From NCBI GenBank assembly GCA_036170245.1, contig JAVHOV010000004.1, positions 1-23,532 on the forward strand: a stretch of DNA of 23,532 nucleotides, read 5' to 3'. The DNA comes from an archaeon (GTDB taxonomy: Archaea > Iainarchaeota > Iainarchaeia > Iainarchaeales > JAAZKV01). Both the position numbers and the translations under genes were made by a program. The notes below the pieces were generated by a model. That model searched no databases. It had not been told where the DNA came from and saw nothing but the letters and a program-made list of their open reading frames with translations. This document shows, piece by piece, positions 17,216-23,532 of the stretch. How positions within the stretch are numbered: the first letter of the stretch is position 1; each line of letters begins with the position of its first letter.

Positions 17216-17346
17216 TACAATCTCCTCCATTGCATCGAGTTTACGAAGATGCTATTTTCGCGACAAAGCAAAGTCCTTGACTTTGCGAGTCCAACAAAAT
17301 TCTTTGTTGGATCCTTAATTAAGGCTCTTTTGAATAAATCAAACAT
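17215..17346 (-). CDS. Putative 43-aa upstream ORF sharing its start (MFDLF) with pyrH
   Basis: MFDLFKRALIKDPTKNFVGLAKSRTLLCRENSIFVNSMQWRRL*. SD-like GGGGTG 7 nt upstream. Its TAA overlaps the pyrH ATG (TAATG). No recognisable family. Confidence 0.35.
   Translation of the reverse strand: MFDLFKRALIKDPTKNFVGLAKSRTLLCRENSIFVNSMQWRRL
17232..17324. repeat. Hairpin/palindrome cassette between 14-bp direct repeats
   Basis: Inverted repeats at 17232-17252, 17262-17291 and 17290-17311, plus palindrome CCTTAATTAAGG at 17313-17324. Direct repeat AATAAATCAAACAT at 17202-17215 and 17333-17346. Confidence 0.8.
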
Positions 17347-17499
17347 CAAAAAACACCCCATTAGGAAAGCAAATTAGCTTATTTTAGCTCAACTGAAAGC
17401 TTTTATAAGCTAACGAAACCGAATTATATTAAGTTTACTAGTTTAAATACTTTCTTAAGTTATTTAAATTTTAATAAAAAAAGAACAAGTTGATATAAA

Positions 17500-18759
17500 A
17501 TGGCAATGCACAATGCGGAAATGCTAGAAGCTGTTGACGAAGCTGAACTAGCAGTATTCAAGAAAAAACTCAAAATGCTTGAAGGGTATAAAGGACGACA
17601 CACTGAACTAATTACACAATACTTACCACCAGGAACTGACCGAAGTACAGTAATGGGACAATTATCTGAAGAAATTAATCAAAGTAGTAATATTAAGAGT
17701 CCCCAAACTAGAAAAAATGTACAAGGAGCTTTAAGAAAAATAATTGGATTCTTAAAAAATATTAATTTTAAACTTCCAACAAACGGAATGGTTGTATTTG
17801 CAGGAAACATTTCAGAAACTGATGGAAAAAGTGATATCAGATTATTTACTATTACTCCTGTCAGACCACTAAAAGTAAAAATGTACTGGTGTGATTCAAG
17901 CTTCCACTTAGATTATCTAAAAGACATGATGGCGCCAAATGACTTTTACGCATTAATGACTATTGATAAAAATGAATCAACAATAGCACAGCTTGTAGGA
18001 AAAAAATATGAAATCCTTGGGCACTTCACTTCAATGGTTCCAGGAAAAACAAGAGCTGGAGGACAGTCATCACAGAGATTTGAAAGACTAAGAGAAGAAG
18101 CTACTCAAAACTTTTTTGGCCACTCAGCAGATAAATTCAATGCCTATTTTGAACCGCACAAAGAGCGAGTAAAAGGAGTACTAATCGGCGGACCAGGATT
18201 AACCAAAAATTATTTCATGGAAAAAAAAGTACTTCACCATGAACTAGAGAAAAAAGTTATTGGAGTAGTTGATACAGCATACACTGATGAAGGCGGAATA
18301 AGAGAACTTGTGTACAAAAGTCAGGACTTACTTAAAGACTCTGAACTGGTAAAAGAAAGACAAATCCTCGACAAATTTTTAGGAGAAGTTGCAAGAGATG
18401 GACTTGCCACTTATGGGCAAGCAGAAGTAGAAAAAGCTATGAATGAAAACAGAGTAAGCACATTAATTATTTCAGAAGATATTCCTTGGATAGTTTTTAG
18501 AGTATTTTGCGAAAAATGCGAGAAAGAAGAAATCATAATTGTAAAAGAACCTGAAAATTTTGAAGAATCAAAATTAAGATGCGACACATGCCAATCAAAG
18601 ATAGAAACAACTGAAGAAATAAGTTACCTTGATTATATGGTTGAAAGAGCAAACAACATTGGAGCAAAAGTAAGAGTAATAAGCACAGAAACAAATGAAG
18701 GGGAACAATTTCTAAAAGGATTTGGCGGACTTGCCGCACTCCTAAGATACAGGATTTGA
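17500..18759 (+). CDS. prf1: Peptide chain release factor aRF1
   Basis: NIKS, YWCDSSF (YxCxxxF) and GGQS motifs, a CxxC...CxxC zinc-ribbon insertion and C-terminal FGGLAALLRY. Confidence 0.96.
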   Translation: MAMHNAEMLEAVDEAELAVFKKKLKMLEGYKGRHTELITQYLPPGTDRSTVMGQLSEEINQSSNIKSPQTRKNVQGALRKIIGFLKNINFKLPTNGMVVFAGNISETDGKSDIRLFTITPVRPLKVKMYWCDSSFHLDYLKDMMAPNDFYALMTIDKNESTIAQLVGKKYEILGHFTSMVPGKTRAGGQSSQRFERLREEATQNFFGHSADKFNAYFEPHKERVKGVLIGGPGLTKNYFMEKKVLHHELEKKVIGVVDTAYTDEGGIRELVYKSQDLLKDSELVKERQILDKFLGEVARDGLATYGQAEVEKAMNENRVSTLIISEDIPWIVFRVFCEKCEKEEIIIVKEPENFEESKLRCDTCQSKIETTEEISYLDYMVERANNIGAKVRVISTETNEGEQFLKGFGGLAALLRYRI

Positions 18760-18766
18760 TTATACT

Positions 18767-19138
18767 ATGAGAATATATTTAGCACACTCAACTGATTTTG
18801 ATTACAAAAAAGAACTCTACGAACCATTGAGAAAAAGCAAATTAAACAAAATGTATGAAATAATAATGCCACATGAAAAAAGTTCTGAATTATTCAACTC
18901 AAAAGATTTTTTTAAAAGTGATTCAAAAAACATTATGCTTGCAGAAATCAGCCAACCAAAAATTGGGCTCGGAATTGAGTTAGGTTGGGCGAATGCGTTT
19001 GGCAACAAAATAATTTGCATACATAAAAAAGATGCAAAATTATCAAGTTCAGTAAAAGTTGTAACAAAGAATATAATAGCTTATGAAAATGCAGAAGATT
19101 TAATTGATAAACTAAATGAAACACTAAAATATATGTAA
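18767..19138 (+). CDS. Nucleoside 2-deoxyribosyltransferase-like protein
   Basis: IYLAHS first strand and AEISQP..GLGIELGWA, which matches the NDT/Rcl G...E.G.A motif with the catalytic Glu. Confidence 0.7.
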   Translation: MRIYLAHSTDFDYKKELYEPLRKSKLNKMYEIIMPHEKSSELFNSKDFFKSDSKNIMLAEISQPKIGLGIELGWANAFGNKIICIHKKDAKLSSSVKVVTKNIIAYENAEDLIDKLNETLKYM

Positions 19139-19143
19139 AGAAG

Positions 19144-20412
19144 ATGAAAAAGATGACTGAACAATTTTTTACTAACACCCCTGCCTTAAAGGGAAGAGTA
19201 AAGCAAAGATACTCTGACTTTATGGTTGAAGAAATACTAAACGACGGCACTGTGTGCAGGATAAAAAGATTCAACACTCCTTTTGAAGAAAGGGAAGCAA
19301 CTCCTGAAATAGTAATCCCTCCAAGGACTGATGAAGAATATTTACTAGTTGAAATGGAAAAAATAAATTATGATACTGCCACTGCACTTGCATTACTTTC
19401 AAGAGGATTAAATGTCAGCAAAAAAAGAATAGGATACGCAGGACTAAAAGATAAACGAGCAATCACCTGCCAGCAAATAAGTATTTATTTGCCTGATGAA
19501 GAATTAATAAAAAAATTCGGAGTAAAAGGAATTGAAATTAGAAACCCTAAATGGAGCAAAGACAGAACTGAACTAGGACACTTGAAAGGAAATGAATTTA
19601 CAATTACAATAAGAGATATCTCTAATACTGAAGAAGAAATAAAAAAAATCCTTGAAGAATTCATAACAACTTCACAAAAAGGAGTCCCTAACTTTTTTGG
19701 AAACCAGCGTTTCGGCGGAAAAAGAATGATTACACACAGAGTTGGAAAACTGCTTTTGGCAGGAAAATTCGAAGAAGCAGTAATGCTTTACTTAACTGAA
19801 ACTTATGAAGAAGAAAAAATTGAGTTAAAAAACGCAAGAATAAACTTAGCAAAATCAAGAGACTTAAAACAGGCTCTAAAAGAATACCCGTTTGATGCAA
19901 GAACTGAAAGAGCAATAATAAATCATTTGGTTCAGCACCCTGCTGATTTTGCAGGAGCATTTGGAGTACTTCCTAAAAAAATGAGATACTTATTCTCACA
20001 CGCAGTACAAAGCGATATTTACAACAAAGTTCTTACAAAAAGAATGGAAAAATATAAAGAGCATGCGCTTGAACCAATTGACGGAGATGTTTTGATTGAA
20101 GGAGTACCTGTAATAATACTCCCTGGATATGAAAGCAAGTTTGCAGAAGGAGCGGCAGGAGAACTTGAAAAACAAGCAATGCAAGAAGTGGGAATAACAT
20201 TTGAAGAATTCAAAACCGCAAAAATGAGTGAACTCTCAAGCCAAGGAGATAGGAAAGCAATTTTACTAAAACCAGAAAATTTTACAATTGAAAAAATATT
20301 TGACGATGACTTTAATGAAGGAAAAAAAGCTGTTACAATAAAGTTTTTCCTTTCACGCGGGAATTATGCTACAACAATTTTACGAGAACTTATAAAAGAA
20401 GAAATATTCTAA
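19144..20412 (+). CDS. truD: tRNA pseudouridine(13) synthase TruD
   Basis: DF.VEE, YAGLKDKRAIT.Q with the catalytic Asp, GNEFTITIR, PNFFGNQRFG and F.L.RG.YAT..LRE. Confidence 0.95.
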   Translation: MKKMTEQFFTNTPALKGRVKQRYSDFMVEEILNDGTVCRIKRFNTPFEEREATPEIVIPPRTDEEYLLVEMEKINYDTATALALLSRGLNVSKKRIGYAGLKDKRAITCQQISIYLPDEELIKKFGVKGIEIRNPKWSKDRTELGHLKGNEFTITIRDISNTEEEIKKILEEFITTSQKGVPNFFGNQRFGGKRMITHRVGKLLLAGKFEEAVMLYLTETYEEEKIELKNARINLAKSRDLKQALKEYPFDARTERAIINHLVQHPADFAGAFGVLPKKMRYLFSHAVQSDIYNKVLTKRMEKYKEHALEPIDGDVLIEGVPVIILPGYESKFAEGAAGELEKQAMQEVGITFEEFKTAKMSELSSQGDRKAILLKPENFTIEKIFDDDFNEGKKAVTIKFFLSRGNYATTILRELIKEEIF

Positions 20413-20433
20413 AATTCAAAGCTATTTTGAAAA

Positions 20434-21849
20434 CTAATTGTTTGAAGTATAATAATACACTTCAAAATTGTTAAAATTTTTAAAAAATTTAAAAGAACTA
20501 TTTTTACTTAACCATTCCTTTGAAGGAAACAAATTATCCCCTTTGTGAACTATAAAAAATCCATTCTCTGGCATGTTCTTAGGGTACCCTTCATAAAAAT
20601 AATTAGCTCCATTTAGAAGAACTATTTTCTTTGTAGTATAATATCCAAAAACCGGCCAATAGTTATTAGTGTAAATTATATTTGAATCATTAAGCCCTTC
20701 TAAATAAGTTGAAACAACATATTCATCAGTAATAATAGCATTATTGATGAAAGGCTCAGGAATCCTTCCAAATGAAGGAAGGAAAAAAATAAAAGTGCAA
20801 AAAACGAACAATCCCCCAAAAACAAGAACTGATTTGAAATTCTTTTTGCAAAACTCAAACAACTGCACAAACCCTCTTGAAGAAAGAAGAATAACTGAAA
20901 TTGAAAGAGGTTCAACCAAATATCTTTCCTCTTTGTGGCTTGAAGCCATCAAAATTAACATGATAAGGAAGAAAGATAATAAAAGAAATAACTCTTTTCT
21001 AGAATCTTCTTTTTTAAAATTCAAAACCAAGTAAATTATTGCAACCAAAAAACCAAATATCACAAACCAAGTAAAAGCAAAAGGCAAAGAAATTATATAA
21101 AATTCAAAAGGGTGGTTGACTTCTGAAATAAGAGACAAGGCTTTTGTAAAAATAGAAATCGGATTTCCATACTTACCAAGCATCCATGCAAAAAATATTA
21201 CTAACGGAACAACAAACCCTAAAAGAATAGGATACACTTTTTTGAAATTCAATTTTGCTTTAGTATTATAAACAAACAAAAACGCAATTAACAAACAAAT
21301 CAATGTAGGAATAGTTGAATATCGCATCAATAACGCAAATGAGAAAAATAATCCTGAAAATATTCCTAAAATCAAAGGATAATTATCTTTTGTATATTTT
21401 ACAAACAAAAATGAACCTATTACCAAAAAAGTTAATGAAGGGACATCAGTTAGCACCATTCTAGAGTTTGAAACCAAAAACGGAATCAGCGCAAAAAAAA
21501 GCGAGGATATGAAAGCCTCTTTTTTTCCAAAGAGCTCTCGAGCAAGCAAATAGATAAACAATACCCCTATCGTCCCAATCAGAGCTACAAGTATGCTAGA
21601 AATAATTACTGAATGCCACGCAAGAAAGGTTAACCCTATCAAAAACGACAAAAGAGGGGGCCTAAATTCAAATTCATTGTAATTATCAGCCTTAAAACCA
21701 AACAACACATCAGCATTCTGCAAGTAAACCGTCTCATCCCACCAATGAACCATTTGGATAGGCCAGATACGAACAGTAAAAGAAACTAATAGAAGAAGCA
21801 AAAGGAACAAGAGCTCATAGCGCTTAAGATAAAATGACATTTTAATCAA
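20434..21849 (-). CDS. GT-C membrane glycosyltransferase (PMT_2/ArnT/GT39-like), paralog of 7638-9083
   Basis: WWDETVY, RPPL, LTDVPS, MRY and HKEERY motifs; multi-TM. Start is TTG 21849 (overlapping the upstream stop) or ATG 21840. Confidence 0.85.
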   Translation of the reverse strand: MIKMSFYLKRYELLFLLLLLLVSFTVRIWPIQMVHWWDETVYLQNADVLFGFKADNYNEFEFRPPLLSFLIGLTFLAWHSVIISSILVALIGTIGVLFIYLLARELFGKKEAFISSLFFALIPFLVSNSRMVLTDVPSLTFLVIGSFLFVKYTKDNYPLILGIFSGLFFSFALLMRYSTIPTLICLLIAFLFVYNTKAKLNFKKVYPILLGFVVPLVIFFAWMLGKYGNPISIFTKALSLISEVNHPFEFYIISLPFAFTWFVIFGFLVAIIYLVLNFKKEDSRKELFLLLSFFLIMLILMASSHKEERYLVEPLSISVILLSSRGFVQLFEFCKKNFKSVLVFGGLFVFCTFIFFLPSFGRIPEPFINNAIITDEYVVSTYLEGLNDSNIIYTNNYWPVFGYYTTKKIVLLNGANYFYEGYPKNMPENGFFIVHKGDNLFPSKEWLSKNSSFKFFKNFNNFEVYYYTSNN

Positions 21850-22487
21850 CTACAATTCACTAACTTCATCAATTCATCCTTGGAAAATGAAGATTCATAT
21901 TTATTTCCATCAACTACCAAAGTAGCCGGTTTTGTTACACCATATCTCTTCTCTAAAAAAGAAGTAAATGGATACAAATGCCAATTATAAGGCAGTGCAA
22001 AAACCCATATATTAGAACATTCACGTTTAACTAATTCAAGTTCATCAGCTAAAACAGCACACTCAATTTCACAGCTTTTATCCTCTGCGTAAAAATAAAT
22101 TACAGGTTTTATATTTACATTACAATCTTTTTCAAGCGAACTAACTTTTTCAAAAAGAAGCAAATTTGTAAGCAAATAACTCTTTTTCACAGAGGAATAC
22201 TCTGTGGAAAATAAGGATTCTTTGTAATTAGACAACCTGTACTCCATTAAGGAAAGTTCATCTATGTTGGAAGTCAAGGAACTTTGCATGCTCAAACAAT
22301 AGGAATTCAAGTCAGCATCTTTATTTAAGAAATAAATATTTTGAAGCTCATTCTCAAGAACAATTTGTCTAAGCCCTTCATTAATATTTGATAAACGCTG
22401 CTCCTCAAGGAACCATGTTGAAAAAATTGCAACTACAAAAATTGCCAAGGTAGCAATAAATGCAATTAAATAGACACTCTTACCCAT
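21846..22487 (-). CDS. Membrane-anchored hypothetical protein with thioredoxin-like C-terminal domain
   Basis: N-terminal TM helix and helical stalk, then VIYFY....CEIEC...helix...VFAL...YGV..PATLVVDG, a thioredoxin-fold-like pattern with CxxxC. Confidence 0.6.
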   Translation of the reverse strand: MGKSVYLIAFIATLAIFVVAIFSTWFLEEQRLSNINEGLRQIVLENELQNIYFLNKDADLNSYCLSMQSSLTSNIDELSLMEYRLSNYKESLFSTEYSSVKKSYLLTNLLLFEKVSSLEKDCNVNIKPVIYFYAEDKSCEIECAVLADELELVKRECSNIWVFALPYNWHLYPFTSFLEKRYGVTKPATLVVDGNKYESSFSKDELMKLVNCS

Positions 22488-23532
22488 GACCCTCTAACTC
22501 CTAACATTTCTTTTACAAAACTTTGGAAATAAATTACTGTAATAAACAAAGGATAGAATAAAAGGTATATTAATATTGCTAAATAATCCATTCCCCTTGG
22601 TTGATAGTGAATTAAACGCATACTAACAAAAAGGAACAAAAGTACTAAAGCATAGGAAGTGACAAAGAAAACCATTGAAGAAGGCAAAATTATTTCATTT
22701 AAAACTAAAATTACAGAATTAGTTAAAGCAACTACTCCCGACTGAATCAAAACAAATTTGAATGCATTTTCCAAAAACAAAATACTTAACTTAAACAGCA
22801 TTACTACAGAAACTAATTCTAAAGCAAATAAATAAGGGAGTGAAAAGAATCCTAAGTCATAATTGTTTTTTGAGAAAAATAATTCTTTATAACCCATTAA
22901 ATTGAATACTCTCCCCCTATACCATCTGTCACGCTGTTTAAACAATTTTCCTAAAGTATCAGGAATATCAGTATAAGCAATTGCTTCAAAACAAGTTTTT
23001 ATTTTGTAACCATATTTTTGTAATCTTAAACCAATCTCCATATCCTCAGTAAGGTTACCGTCCTCATAACCCCCGGCTCTTTTGAAAAATTCCATTTTAA
23101 AAACGGTCATGGGACCTGGAATCATTGTCATTGAATTAATTGAAGACAATAGAGTAGTCCATAAACCAAAACCGGCAGCATACTCTATGAACTGAATTCT
23201 CTGGATTAATGATTGTCTTTTATCAGGAAGAACAAGGCAAGTTACAGCACCTACTTTTTTATCCTCAAAGTACCCCATAGTTTTTAGCAAAACATCATCT
23301 TTAGGATAAGTGTCAGAATCAATGCATGCAACAAAATCAGATTTTATTGATTTCAATCCAGTGTTAAGAGCAATGGCTTTTCCTGAATTCTTTTTTAAAT
23401 TAATTAATTTAATTCCCTTCATTTTCTTTAGCATTAAATCTGAACCATCAGTTGAGCCATCATTAACAACAATAATCTCAAACTTTCTTGGGTAATTCAT
23501 TGCTTTTACTGAATTAATACACTCGACAATAG
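22466..23532 (-). CDS. Processive GT2 glycosyltransferase (CesA/PgaC-like), 5'-partial
   Basis: NDGSTD, GKA.ALN, DSD, TED and QRDRW (D,D,D,QxxRW) followed by TM helices. Frame is open to the window edge (IVECINSVKAMNYP). Confidence 0.9.
   Translation of the reverse strand, partial: IVECINSVKAMNYPRKFEIIVVNDGSTDGSDLMLKKMKGIKLINLKKNSGKAIALNTGLKSIKSDFVACIDSDTYPKDDVLLKTMGYFEDKKVGAVTCLVLPDKRQSLIQRIQFIEYAAGFGLWTTLLSSINSMTMIPGPMTVFKMEFFKRAGGYEDGNLTEDMEIGLRLQKYGYKIKTCFEAIAYTDIPDTLGKLFKQRDRWYRGRVFNLMGYKELFFSKNNYDLGFFSLPYLFALELVSVVMLFKLSILFLENAFKFVLIQSGVVALTNSVILVLNEIILPSSMVFFVTSYALVLLFLFVSMRLIHYQPRGMDYLAILIYLLFYPLFITVIYFQSFVKEMLGVRGSWVRVSI

Noticed and set aside
17500..18759. Stop-codon reassignment suggested by aRF1 variants (GRHTE for GRGTE, QSSNIKS)
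   Set aside because: NIKS, YxCxxxF and GGQ are intact. Genes in the window end in TAA, TGA (including aRF1 itself) and TAG at expected lengths, and no conserved gene has an in-frame stop.
569..23495. Numerous short antisense or nested ORFs in the track (e.g. 1517-1954, 12573-13103, 14376-14978)
   Set aside because: They lie wholly within confidently identified genes on the opposite strand and have shadow-ORF composition.

Overview
Archaeal chromosomal window, AT-rich and gene-dense. The informational genes (L10e, aRF1, Dph2, TruD, a BHB-intron tRNA, tRNAs without encoded CCA) are archaeal. A DPANN-type lineage such as Iainarchaeota/Diapherotrites is my impression, not a database result. Contents in order: a partial HMA-like protein and a Cu(I) P1B-ATPase; a ThiI-like THUMP protein with a decayed PP-loop; a hypothetical protein; a short DUF1846 protein; an atypical PEPCK-like protein; tRNA-Gly(CCC) with an 84-nt intron; tRNA-Cys(GCA); a GT-C membrane glycosyltransferase; rpl10e; peptidase E; a histidine phosphatase; PEP synthase with a 396-aa LAGLIDADG intein at its active site; dph2; pyrH; aRF1; an NDT-like protein; truD; a second, paralogous GT-C gene; a thioredoxin-like membrane protein; and a partial processive GT2. 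The most unusual signal is non-coding: a family of short modular hairpins at three sites. These are the tRNA-Gly intron, a nine-hairpin array with covarying tandem units upstream of tRNA-Cys, and a cassette upstream of pyrH. At the latter two sites the hairpins come with a duplicated copy of the downstream gene's 5' end. This suggests a gene-start-targeting modular repeat element that may also have built or expanded a tRNA intron (inference).
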